Positions 28,290 to 38,953 of a stretch of 54,454 nt of DNA are shown piece by piece. Location of the stretch: assembly GCA_964561945.1 (NCBI GenBank), contig CAZLQM010000005.1:1-54454 (forward strand). Reading direction: 5' to 3'. Position 1 is the stretch's first letter. Each line of letters begins with the position of its first letter. The translations under genes were made by a program, and so were the position numbers. Origin of the DNA: an uncultured Gammaproteobacteria bacterium. Lineage in GTDB: Bacteria > Patescibacteriota > Microgenomatia > CAYXHB01. Under the pieces are notes generated by a model. It did no database searches, was not told the origin of the DNA, and saw nothing but the letters and a program-made list of their open reading frames with translations.

Positions 28290-29408
28290 CTAGTAAGTTG
28301 GAGTAGCCGTGTACACGAGTGTACCTGTATAGACGTCAGCTGGCTGATAAACGTTAGCTTCGATTGCGTAAGCAACGTGAACACCAGTAATACCATTATC
28401 TGAGGTAGTAGATCTCATGACGTTATTATTCGTATTATTAACAGGACCAAAGGTCGCTGGAGTTACGAATTGAGTTAAATCGGCATCTGTTGAGAGAGCA
28501 CCGATCCAACCTGTATCAGTATTTGGTACAGAACCAGTTGGTTCGGTCCAAGCAGTTGGGGTCGCCCAAGTGGTGCTTGGAGCTGCGTATGGATCAATGT
28601 TGTTACTTGCATATGTTCCAGTCATTGGTGTTTCCATGCGCATAGTCACGGTATAGCCCGAATTGGCGTTAGTGGTGACATTAAGTCTGTGTGCGGCATA
28701 CTTTGGAGTGCCAGCAGTCAAATTACCAAAAGGCAATGTGGTGACTGTTGAAGCAACTGTTGTTGTGACTCCTCCAATTGCAGTACTGGCTCCGACGGGA
28801 CTAATCACAAAGGTGAATGTCGGGTCGACAGTCGCACTGACAGTAACGGCTTGAATTACAGTGTATGTGGTAGTGGTTGCATCTACGACAGATGTGTCCC
28901 ATGCTCCAACAGCAGTAGATGTTTGAATACGCACGAAACAAGTATCAGAAGATGCTGTTCCGGCGTCACAGTCTGTAATACCGCTGTTGGTAATCGTCTG
29001 GAAAGGAATAGTAACGATTGCACCGTTAAGATCCTGACCGGCACCAGTGTGTTGGACACTAAGTAATCCTGATGGGGCATTTGTTGTGTTGAGAGTCCAG
29101 GCACCGTCCATATTTGATAAAGCTCCTAAGGTAGCATTTTCTAAATTCAAACCAGTTGGTTTGGAATTACCAGTTGCGGTTGTTGCAAATTGAAAACGGA
29201 TTGATTTCAATGTACCAGCAGAAGGAACTGTAAACTGAAAAGTATGAGTACTAGAAGTACCTACACGAGGATCTGAAAGTGTGTCTTTGGCACCAGCAAG
29301 ATATGCAGCGTCGACAGGTCGAACTGCAAAAAACAATCCTAGTGTGAAAACATGTACGATCAGTCCGAGTGATAGGACTAAACTTAGAAATTTGCGAGCA
29401 GTTTGCAT
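28290..29408 (-). CDS. Secreted Thr-rich two-domain beta protein, paralog A (putative major pilin/surface subunit)
   Basis: Signal peptide (..VDA), Cys pair DCD...TCF, ends YTGTLVYTATPTY; strong SD GGAGGTG. Confidence 0.85.
   Translation of the reverse strand: MQTARKFLSLVLSLGLIVHVFTLGLFFAVRPVDAAYLAGAKDTLSDPRVGTSSTHTFQFTVPSAGTLKSIRFQFATTATGNSKPTGLNLENATLGALSNMDGAWTLNTTNAPSGLLSVQHTGAGQDLNGAIVTIPFQTITNSGITDCDAGTASSDTCFVRIQTSTAVGAWDTSVVDATTTTYTVIQAVTVSATVDPTFTFVISPVGASTAIGGVTTTVASTVTTLPFGNLTAGTPKYAAHRLNVTTNANSGYTVTMRMETPMTGTYASNNIDPYAAPSTTWATPTAWTEPTGSVPNTDTGWIGALSTDADLTQFVTPATFGPVNNTNNNVMRSTTSDNGITGVHVAYAIEANVYQPADVYTGTLVYTATPTY
28497..28553. repeat. 57-bp exact direct repeat, copy 2
   Basis: Identical to 21677-21733. 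Confidence 0.93.
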
Positions 29409-29467
29409 GTTTTCACCTCCCTTCGGGATATGAGGAACTTTTATAAATAATTCCTCACCTAGAATTC

Positions 29468-29497
29468 ATAGTAAGGATACTTTTGCATAGATGTCAA
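29468..29497 (-). promoter_or_regulatory. Sigma70-type promoter TTGACA-N18-TACTAT for paralog A
   Basis: -35 at 29497-29492, -10 at 29473-29468. Confidence 0.72.
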
Positions 29498-29509
29498 GCA
29501 TCAACTAAA

Positions 29510-29785
29510 TCATTTTTGCTTTGTATCGGTATCTTCATCAAATCCTACTATGACGGTAACTTGATTTTGTGAGGCTCGGATGATCCCGCCATCAATAGGG
29601 ATTTTTTCAATATCTCCTTGGGCATAAATCTCAATATCCCCTTTGGCAAGTTGAGTGTAGAAGGGAGTGTGGTCCGGCAGGATGGCAATCTCGCCTTGAG
29701 GGCCTGGCGCCATCACTCGCTCAACCTCACCTTCAAAGACTGTATCGTCAGGCGTAGTAATTACAAGTTGGAGGGAAGAAGCCAT
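29510..29785 (-). CDS. atpC: F-type ATPase subunit epsilon, N-terminal beta-sandwich domain only
   Basis: LVITTPD..FEGEV..V.APG.QGEIAILPDHTP, IDGG; no C-terminal helical hairpin. Confidence 0.9.
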   Translation of the reverse strand: MASSLQLVITTPDDTVFEGEVERVMAPGPQGEIAILPDHTPFYTQLAKGDIEIYAQGDIEKIPIDGGIIRASQNQVTVIVGFDEDTDTKQK

Positions 29786-29797
29786 ATTAATAATTGT

Positions 29798-31291
<1,494 letters not shown>

Positions 31292-31324
31292 TTAAGCATA
31301 CAAGAAAGATCATAAAATAAGATA

Positions 31325-32197
31325 CTAATCGGCATCTGACCACAAAGCTCGACCTGCTTGAACTTCTTGAATTTTCTTATCAATTAATTTGCGACGTTCT
31401 TTGTTATATTGCAGTTGCAAATCTTTGAGCAGATCTTTGGCGTTATCTGTAGCTGTTTGCATGGCAATCATTTGTGAGGCATAGAGAGCGAGCTTAGATT
31501 CGAGAATTTGTTGACGGAAAAGAGCATAACGCAACTTGGCTGAAACATTATCGATTAATGTATCAATCGCTGGTTCAAAGATAAACTTGGTTTTGGCCTT
31601 AAGATCAGTTGATTGATCAACGGCATTTTCGGGAACTGTCAACTCCTCGAAAACAATTTCACGAACAATTGGATTGATATATTTGGAATAAACTAAATTG
31701 ATTTTGTCATAACGAGGAAACATCCGAATTAGAGATTGAAGATGTTTGATTTCTAAAAATTCAGGGATGTTATAAGGAAAAAACTTGACTCCATATTTGC
31801 GAACTAGTCTACGAAAATATTCCTGACCTTTGGTACCAAGTACAAAGTAATCTGCTTCTTTGTTTTGGGGAACAATAGTGTCAAGCTTTTTGAAAATCTC
31901 ATTATTGTATGAACCACACAAACCTTGATTTGAAGTTATTACAATAATGGCGTGTTTATTAGTCGACATTTTGTAATTGCGAATTACTTTTTGCATTTCT
32001 TGCTGAGTGGCTCGGCGTTGTTCAACACGAAGCTCACGCAAAATAGCAGTTGTTTCATCCACGAACCTACGACTCTTGAGCACGACCTTGCGCAAAGACG
32101 CCATGCGAGAAGCTGAAATTTGTTGTAAGCTGTTGGCAAAATCACCTACAGATTTAACGACGGTTTTTTGCTCTTTGATTTCATTGATCTTGGCCAT
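31325..32197 (-). CDS. atpG: F-type ATPase subunit gamma
   Basis: MAKINEIK, ITSNQGLCGSYN, FEP, MIAMQTATDNA, YNKERR...IQEV. Confidence 0.93.
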   Translation of the reverse strand: MAKINEIKEQKTVVKSVGDFANSLQQISASRMASLRKVVLKSRRFVDETTAILRELRVEQRRATQQEMQKVIRNYKMSTNKHAIIVITSNQGLCGSYNNEIFKKLDTIVPQNKEADYFVLGTKGQEYFRRLVRKYGVKFFPYNIPEFLEIKHLQSLIRMFPRYDKINLVYSKYINPIVREIVFEELTVPENAVDQSTDLKAKTKFIFEPAIDTLIDNVSAKLRYALFRQQILESKLALYASQMIAMQTATDNAKDLLKDLQLQYNKERRKLIDKKIQEVQAGRALWSDAD

Positions 32198-33695
32198 TTG
32201 TATTTACAAGATACAGGATTGCAGACCCTGACTGCCAGATGGGTTGTAGAAATTGGTAGTTAGGAAGCTGATGATTGGCTATTGCATCTTCCTCAGTTCC
32301 ACAATAAACGAGTGTAATCTGATGTGATGATAAGTATTGTATAGCTTGAGTAGAATTAAATTTTCCTGTGTAAAATGGATATAAATTATCAATTTCCCTC
32401 CCAGAATTGGGGCTTAAGTAAGGATGACCAACAACGACATGATGATCGGTGTATGCCGGGGTTAAATTGGAAGCTTGAACAGCACTAAGAACCACAGTTG
32501 GCGTTTGGGTTTGGAGAAATTGTAAATAGCTATCAAATCGATCTGAATAGAAAGATAGTGGACTGGGGTGGCGGATAATTTGCACAGGGATGGCGATCAT
32601 TCCTATGATGGAAATTGCGATTAGAGCAAAATAGAAACGTCGCGGTAGATGGGCAAGAGAAGGAATCGCAAGCAAGGCAAACGGAATCCATAAGCCCCTG
32701 ATCATAAGACGTTGATAATCAAAAGGTAAATAAATAATAGTGGCTTGAACGAAGAACCAGATAATAAGGAAATTAGAAGCTTTGCGTCTAATAGAAAGAA
32801 ATACAAAAGGGATTAATAGAGCAAAAGATAATAGGAAATATCCAATGGGTGGCGAAGGATGAGGTGCTAGGATTAATCCTTGGGTACTGGGTGAATGATT
32901 TACTGGAAGCGCGATAAAGAAATAAACAAGGATCGAAATAATTGTAAATAAAACAAAGGGCTGCAATTGAAAATATGAGAACTTGTGCTGGATGATTAAA
33001 AACAATTGATAAGTTGCCATGATGGCAATCATGGGAATTATCATAAAGCCGTGAATTAGACTGGTGATAAAAAATCCCAAGCAGGATAGGAGAAGAAAGC
33101 GTTTGTGTGGAGTTGATACAAATCTGTAATATGCACAGATTGTGAGGAGGAAAGTAGCCAAGCTCAAGCCATCATGTGGGGTACGCCAAGCGCTGTATAA
33201 TGTGACGTGGGGAATGGTGAAGTCTGGTAATTGCAGATGAAATAAATAGAAGAAAACCCAACCTAGCCCACTGCCTAAGGTGATGAGAATAAAAGATAAT
33301 TTGGTAAATCGCGGATTAAAAATATTTACCGCCCAATAGCAAATTAATAACAGAATAAAAGAAGTAAAAATTCCTAACAGGTGAAACAATAACCATGGTG
33401 AAATAGGTAGCCATTGGAAAATAAAGCCAGACAAAGTATAAAACAAATATACTGGCAATCTTGCTTGGGATTGGAAGTCATATTGATTAAGATAAAGCAA
33501 ATTCCCCGCCAATCCTTGGCGCAAAGCAGAGACATAAACGGGCAAATCAATACCGTCTAGCCATGATGCATGACCTGCGAAGTTAACACCTGTTGGCGTA
33601 TTTAGATAAACGTAGAGATCTGGACCTCTGGCAATAAGATTAACGAGGAGAAAAATTAACCAGAAATACTTTGGTAATTTGATAAATTGAATCAT
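32181..33695 (-). CDS. Polytopic membrane protein, putative GT-C glycosyltransferase
   Basis: More than 10 TM segments, luminal loop DLPVYVSALRQG, soluble C-terminal domain; overlaps atpG start by 17 nt. Confidence 0.6.
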   Translation of the reverse strand: MIQFIKLPKYFWLIFLLVNLIARGPDLYVYLNTPTGVNFAGHASWLDGIDLPVYVSALRQGLAGNLLYLNQYDFQSQARLPVYLFYTLSGFIFQWLPISPWLLFHLLGIFTSFILLLICYWAVNIFNPRFTKLSFILITLGSGLGWVFFYLFHLQLPDFTIPHVTLYSAWRTPHDGLSLATFLLTICAYYRFVSTPHKRFLLLSCLGFFITSLIHGFMIIPMIAIMATYQLFLIIQHKFSYFQLQPFVLFTIISILVYFFIALPVNHSPSTQGLILAPHPSPPIGYFLLSFALLIPFVFLSIRRKASNFLIIWFFVQATIIYLPFDYQRLMIRGLWIPFALLAIPSLAHLPRRFYFALIAISIIGMIAIPVQIIRHPSPLSFYSDRFDSYLQFLQTQTPTVVLSAVQASNLTPAYTDHHVVVGHPYLSPNSGREIDNLYPFYTGKFNSTQAIQYLSSHQITLVYCGTEEDAIANHQLPNYQFLQPIWQSGSAILYLVNTNGQDQ

Positions 33696-33698
33696 GAT

Positions 33699-35084
33699 TT
33701 ATGATTGGAAATTCGGATTGCGAAGCAAAACAACAAATTTATCTTGGTAAATAATTGACCAACGTTCTACTTCAATTAAATTACGAGTTAGCGGATACTC
33801 GTGGTTGAGCAGTGCATAGTCAAAATTGTATGAATGAAATAATTGACGTGAGTTAGGCAAACTATAAATCATAGTCTGATAATCACGGAAAGGGACAAGG
33901 TTCTGTGTTTGCCAGAGAGTCATGCGGCCATCGATAAATACTGGCATTTGTGGATATTGATAGATCAGATGTCCCCCAAGACGATACGCATTGAATAGTT
34001 TGCCTACAATGTGGTTTTGATTAATGAAATCAATAGCTCCTTGTGAACAGTGAATTTCACTAGCACAATAGGTTTGCCAATTTTGATTTGTAATAGTTTC
34101 GAATCTATAAATCAAAATTAATACAGATATTGCTAATGAAGAAAAAATAACAGCCGTTGATTGGGAATATTTGGATGGAAATTGCTTAGCTAAATATCTA
34201 GAAATTATTGGGAGTGAAAAGATAACAACGTAGGGAATCATGCGACGGGAGGTTAATGCCAAGACACTTAGGAGTAGCATAACAATTAAGTCACTTAATC
34301 TCGATTTGCGATCTTGGTACAGAAGCCATGTAGAGAAAATTATTGAAATGTATAGCCCAAAGGTTCGCAATCCCCATGGCCAAGGTTGCCATTCAGTTAC
34401 TCCTTGAAGTAGCGGATTACCGATGTAACTTAATATATCCAAGTGCAGTCGGTAGCCCCAAGGATTAACAAATGTAACTAACAAGCTAGCTAATACTATT
34501 ACGAAAAAGTGTTGGTTAATTTTTTTATGTTTAATTGAATCCACGATGAAGTAAATTGCGACGACGCACAAACCAAACAAAAACTGACCATGGAGATTGG
34601 ACCAGAGGAAGAAAATTAAAGGAAGGAGAAAGTGATATTTAGTTTGTTTTAAGTCTATAATTTTAATAATTAAAGCAAACATTAGTAAACTTATATAATG
34701 ACTTTTCAGTCCCGTGGATAAAAGTGGCGATGCAAGATACCAACCAAATGGCAAGATTAATAAAGAATAAAGAGTGGGCTGAAGCATGATTGCAAAACTA
34801 ATGCCAATCAATAGACCACCAAAAAATGAGACGGTTGGAAATTGTCCAATTTTATTAATTAAAGCGACGATAATATCGTACATCCATGAATGATTTATCC
34901 ATTGGTAATCTGTCATGGTGTATGAAAAAACATTGGCTCTAAGAATTTGATAGTTGTTTAGGAAATACTCTCCGTATCGCAAATGCCAGCCTAAGTCTGC
35001 GTCTGATACAGGATAGAGAAAAAGAGCCGATGCCATGATTAGTATTACAATACGAAAGAGGAGAGTTCGTGAAATATGGATCAT
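33699..35084 (-). CDS. Polytopic membrane protein, putative GT-C glycosyltransferase
   Basis: DADLGWHLRYGE, WINHSW, LWSNLHGQF, TEW, VFIDGR motifs. Confidence 0.68.
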   Translation of the reverse strand: MIHISRTLLFRIVILIMASALFLYPVSDADLGWHLRYGEYFLNNYQILRANVFSYTMTDYQWINHSWMYDIIVALINKIGQFPTVSFFGGLLIGISFAIMLQPTLYSLLILPFGWYLASPLLSTGLKSHYISLLMFALIIKIIDLKQTKYHFLLPLIFFLWSNLHGQFLFGLCVVAIYFIVDSIKHKKINQHFFVIVLASLLVTFVNPWGYRLHLDILSYIGNPLLQGVTEWQPWPWGLRTFGLYISIIFSTWLLYQDRKSRLSDLIVMLLLSVLALTSRRMIPYVVIFSLPIISRYLAKQFPSKYSQSTAVIFSSLAISVLILIYRFETITNQNWQTYCASEIHCSQGAIDFINQNHIVGKLFNAYRLGGHLIYQYPQMPVFIDGRMTLWQTQNLVPFRDYQTMIYSLPNSRQLFHSYNFDYALLNHEYPLTRNLIEVERWSIIYQDKFVVLLRNPNFQS

Positions 35085-35173
35085 TGATTTATGCTAGCAT
35101 TATGCGAATTGTTTGTATATTTTGAAGAAATTGAATTGTAGTTTCTACATTTAGCGGTATACTATGTGAACCT

Positions 35174-36310
35174 ATGCAAAGGAAGTTGCGGATTGTTTTG
35201 AGTTCGGTTTATCACATTTCACAGTATTATGGTGGTAATGAGAATTACTTACATAACTTGGCATTAGGACTAGCTAAAGATGGTCATGAAGTAACTTATC
35301 TAACAGCATTTGCTAAATCTGAGATTAATAAGTATCCTTATGACCTTAAGATTGTGCCAGTTGGAACTCTGATGGGCAAACCACTCCCCTCGCTGGAATG
35401 GACCAATACAGTTGTTGGGATCAAGCCTGATGTTTTTCATGGGTCGGGTTCGGGACTGCCTATGGTGCTGAGCGCTGGAATTCTCAAGCACAATTACGAA
35501 ATTCCCACTGTTTTGACTTTTCAAGCTCCGCTTCACCCTGACAACAAGCTTATGCAACTTGCGGGCAAGGGAGAAACCTTCGTGTCAGGCAGAGCTTTCG
35601 ATGCAGTAATTGCAACTGGACCGCAAAACCAAGCCATGCTTCGCTCTTGGTGGCCCTGGGTTAAGATTGAGCTAATTCCAATGATGTTGGCTGATCATTT
35701 TTTTGCAAAACAACCGACTCCAACGGAAGCGAGAAGAAAATTGAAGTTAGGCGAGGATAGGCCAACTGTATTGTTTGCAGGCAAGCTTGATACGCACCAT
35801 TACTATAAAGGTGTGGACTTTTTGTTACAGGCAACCTCATTATTGCCCAAAGAATACCAAGTTGTAATCATTGGGGATGGCAATACACGTCAAGTATATG
35901 AAACTAAGGCAAAAGAACTGAGAATTAGTAATCAAGTTATCTTTGTGGGATTTGTTAGAGACGAAACAGTTCGCGATTATATGGTGGGTAGTGATGTGTT
36001 CGTACTGCCATCAACTTCGGACAGTGAGGGCTTTGGTTTGGTTTTGATTGAGGCTATGGCATGCAATACTCCTGTTGTTACGACTACAGTAATTGGATCT
36101 GCATCGTGGCTGAAAGCAGAAAAAGTCGCAACACTAGTTCCCGCAAAAGATGCCAAGGCACTAGCTAAAGCTATCGTCAAACAAGCTGAACATCGAGATG
36201 ACAAACAAGTGGCACGAGCTAGAAAGATTGCATTGTCATTTACAAAAGAAAAAATGGTTGAGAGTACCGTTAAACTGTATCGAGAGTTAATAAACAAGAA
36301 ACAAAAGTAA
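35174..36310 (+). CDS. Glycosyltransferase family 4
   Basis: GGNE, LFAGKL..KGV, DVFVLPS..EGFGLVLIEAMACNTPVV. Confidence 0.95.
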   Translation: MQRKLRIVLSSVYHISQYYGGNENYLHNLALGLAKDGHEVTYLTAFAKSEINKYPYDLKIVPVGTLMGKPLPSLEWTNTVVGIKPDVFHGSGSGLPMVLSAGILKHNYEIPTVLTFQAPLHPDNKLMQLAGKGETFVSGRAFDAVIATGPQNQAMLRSWWPWVKIELIPMMLADHFFAKQPTPTEARRKLKLGEDRPTVLFAGKLDTHHYYKGVDFLLQATSLLPKEYQVVIIGDGNTRQVYETKAKELRISNQVIFVGFVRDETVRDYMVGSDVFVLPSTSDSEGFGLVLIEAMACNTPVVTTTVIGSASWLKAEKVATLVPAKDAKALAKAIVKQAEHRDDKQVARARKIALSFTKEKMVESTVKLYRELINKKQK

Positions 36311-36350
36311 AAAATAGGTGTTTGATTAATAAAATTGATAAGATGCATTA

Positions 36351-37496
36351 ATGAAACGAGTCTTGTTTCTAAACGAAAATCCTCTACCCTCGCAATTTAG
36401 CCAAGGGACAATATCAGGCAAAGAATTGCGCTTGAGAAGTGCAATTGAAGAAATTGATGAAGTACACGTCCTAGCTCGTCGGGGAACAAGCTATGTAGTC
36501 AAGCCCGGCAAAGCAAATCAAACCCGAACAAACCTTGAGAAGAAAATCTTCGTGCATTACCTGCCTCCTTGGCCTTATTATTTTTCGTCTATTGGACTAT
36601 TTATCTGGGGATGGTACTGGATGTGGAAATTGAAACCTGTGGTTGTGGAAGCTGAAAGTCCCCTTTGGTCAGGTCCTGCAGTAGTAATTCTAGGGAAATT
36701 ATTCCATGTGCCAAGTGTAGTCGAGATTCGAGCTTCATACATTTATCTACTTAAACACAGAGCTAAATGGATACCAGAGAAAATCAAAATATATTTACAT
36801 GATTTAATTTATTGGCCAGTATTAAAAAATGCAGATGCGGTAATAGCTAACTCTAAATATTATAAAAAACAAGTTGCCAAACGTCGAATCAAAGCTGTCG
36901 AAATTAATCCTGGAATTCAATTCCCGCCAAAAGTTAATAAAAGCTTAGAGCACAAAAACACAATTGGATTCATCGGTCGATTGGTTAATGAGAAAGGAGT
37001 TGATTTATTAATTCAAGCCTTTGGTCTGGCAAATAAACAATTAAAGAATAAATGGAAACTCGAGATTGTGGGCAATGGACCAGAGAAAAATATGTTACAA
37101 AACATGACTTTCCATCGTGGAATTGCACATTTAATTGAATTCTATGGAGTGCAAGATAATTACAAAAGCATCGCTAGATGGTCAATATTGATTAATACAA
37201 CTACTGTGGCTGCTCCGCTTGAGATGGTAAACGCTGAAGCAGCATATTTGGGAGTGCCGGTTGTATGTTTTGGTGACAAATACTTACCAGAAACGGTAGT
37301 AGATGGAGTTACGGGGTACAAAGTACCCACCCAAGATGTACTGTCTTTGGCTGATGCGATTGTTAATCTGACAAGCAATCCTAAGCTAAGAAACAAGTTT
37401 GGAGAAAACGGACGTACGTTTGCAATGACAAATTATAGTGTTGAAGATCAAGTACATAAATTAAAAAAACTATATCGGAAACTGAAGATAATTTAG
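36351..37496 (+). CDS. Glycosyltransferase family 4
   Basis: GFIGRLVNEKGVDLLI, EAAYLGVPVV, ETVVDGVTG. Confidence 0.9.
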   Translation: MKRVLFLNENPLPSQFSQGTISGKELRLRSAIEEIDEVHVLARRGTSYVVKPGKANQTRTNLEKKIFVHYLPPWPYYFSSIGLFIWGWYWMWKLKPVVVEAESPLWSGPAVVILGKLFHVPSVVEIRASYIYLLKHRAKWIPEKIKIYLHDLIYWPVLKNADAVIANSKYYKKQVAKRRIKAVEINPGIQFPPKVNKSLEHKNTIGFIGRLVNEKGVDLLIQAFGLANKQLKNKWKLEIVGNGPEKNMLQNMTFHRGIAHLIEFYGVQDNYKSIARWSILINTTTVAAPLEMVNAEAAYLGVPVVCFGDKYLPETVVDGVTGYKVPTQDVLSLADAIVNLTSNPKLRNKFGENGRTFAMTNYSVEDQVHKLKKLYRKLKII

Positions 37497-38227
37497 TTGT
37501 GGATTTCTCCAATGACAATTGCTTGGGCGTTGTTATAGTAAGAAGCATATTTTAGATTGCGGACTTGGGAGGCTGTAGCAATTTGCCACTGGTTGTTCCA
37601 GCTTGAGCGAATGAGGAAATTAAGTTTGTTAAAGATTGAGTTTGAATCAAAGATAAGTCTGTCTAAGGCGGGATTGTAACCAATTGGAGCAGTGAAGAAT
37701 ATTTTACCGTTGGGTTTGAGGAGTTTCTGACAATGCGTAAAAGTTTTGGCTATTTTAGTCGGATCCATTTTGTCATCGTCAAAGCCAATGTGCTCTATGG
37801 TTGAGACTGAGATAATCAAATCAAATTTGGTTTTGGGGCGGTAATCGATAATATCTTGCTGGATAATCTCACGATCCTTCTCGAATTTATCAACAATTGT
37901 ATGTGTGAATTTGCGATAATAACTTAATACATGACCCAATTCGAGAATTTGGTGGGGTTTGTATTGAGATACAATATTTAGAGCAATAGGTATTTCTACT
38001 GATCTTTCGCTAAACGACGTGTCGTTATACGGATTATTAAGATAGGAAAGCTTGCGATTTTGGAATTTGAAGTGTTTAGATCGTGGATGTAAATAAGCTA
38101 TTATTTTTGAAATTTGGAGTTGGAGTGCATGCTTTAACTTGACAACTAAGCCTCGTATGCCTTGAGTCTTAAGTATAAATCTAGCGTAGGCAAGCCCACG
38201 AGGAGAATCAAGAGTATAGATATGCAT
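37493..38227 (-). CDS. Class I SAM-dependent methyltransferase
   Basis: ILELG, FDLIISVSTIEHIG, LKPNG. Confidence 0.85.
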   Translation of the reverse strand: MHIYTLDSPRGLAYARFILKTQGIRGLVVKLKHALQLQISKIIAYLHPRSKHFKFQNRKLSYLNNPYNDTSFSERSVEIPIALNIVSQYKPHQILELGHVLSYYRKFTHTIVDKFEKDREIIQQDIIDYRPKTKFDLIISVSTIEHIGFDDDKMDPTKIAKTFTHCQKLLKPNGKIFFTAPIGYNPALDRLIFDSNSIFNKLNFLIRSSWNNQWQIATASQVRNLKYASYYNNAQAIVIGEIHN

Positions 38228-38233
38228 AAATAA

Positions 38234-38905
38234 TTAGAGTCGAAGATAAAGAGGTTGTGATTGCTTGCCGTATTCGTGATTATCGGAAACGATGACGAAC
38301 CAATACTCAAAATCTTGATTATTGCGAGGAATGATGATTGTATGGCTACTGGCTCTCATCCCTTGGTTGCTATTGATGATTTTGTATCGATCTTCGGAAA
38401 TAGTTTTGTATTTGAGTTGACCGAGTGTCGGCTTGTCGGTTTGCCATAGGAGTGTAACCTCATCTTGTGAAACGCGAACGATGACGTTGCGCGGTGTGGC
38501 ACTGGCTTCTGCTTGGATGGTTGGGCGGGTGGGATTAATCAAATACTGGCTTAAAGTGACAGCTGAAACAGCACCTGCAAATAGGAGCCAAATAGAGAAG
38601 ATGCGACCCATGACATTCCAAGTTAATTTGTGCAACAGCCAAGTAATGTTGGCAACTACAACAGCAATAAATAATCCAGTTGCAATTATGATCAATGTAA
38701 TCAAGTATGTTTCTTCGCTACTGCCACTACCCGCAAAGACCTCAAGAGCGGGTGCAAGTAACACTTCTGGATCTTCACGGACTTGAGCAAGCACGGATTG
38801 AACTTGGGGATGATGTGTGAAAGCTGTAATTAGTAAAAGTATAATTTGGGGCAGGCGAAAAGTTGATTTAATGTAATGTGTAATTGAGGAAAAATGGGAT
38901 TTCAT
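38234..38905 (-). CDS. Membrane protein with C-terminal FN3-like domain
   Basis: TM helices then PRNV...VTLLWQTDKPTLGQLKY...HTIII...YWFVI. Confidence 0.7.
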   Translation of the reverse strand: MKSHFSSITHYIKSTFRLPQIILLLITAFTHHPQVQSVLAQVREDPEVLLAPALEVFAGSGSSEETYLITLIIIATGLFIAVVVANITWLLHKLTWNVMGRIFSIWLLFAGAVSAVTLSQYLINPTRPTIQAEASATPRNVIVRVSQDEVTLLWQTDKPTLGQLKYKTISEDRYKIINSNQGMRASSHTIIIPRNNQDFEYWFVIVSDNHEYGKQSQPLYLRL

Positions 38906-38953
38906 AGAAGTCTAATCAACGGTATCATAAGGTGATAGGATGAGGCAAAGGAT

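Noticed and set aside
21677-28553. 57-bp repeat as a diversity-generating retroelement TR/VR pair or a CRISPR repeat
   Set aside because: The copies are identical (no adenine-specific changes), both are in-frame within paralogous genes, there are only two, and no reverse transcriptase or cas gene is present.
32181-35084. Polytopic membrane genes next to atpG as the missing subunit a
   Set aside because: They are too long, lack the subunit-a 'RLFGN' Arg helix, and have GT-C-like luminal motifs with soluble C-terminal domains.
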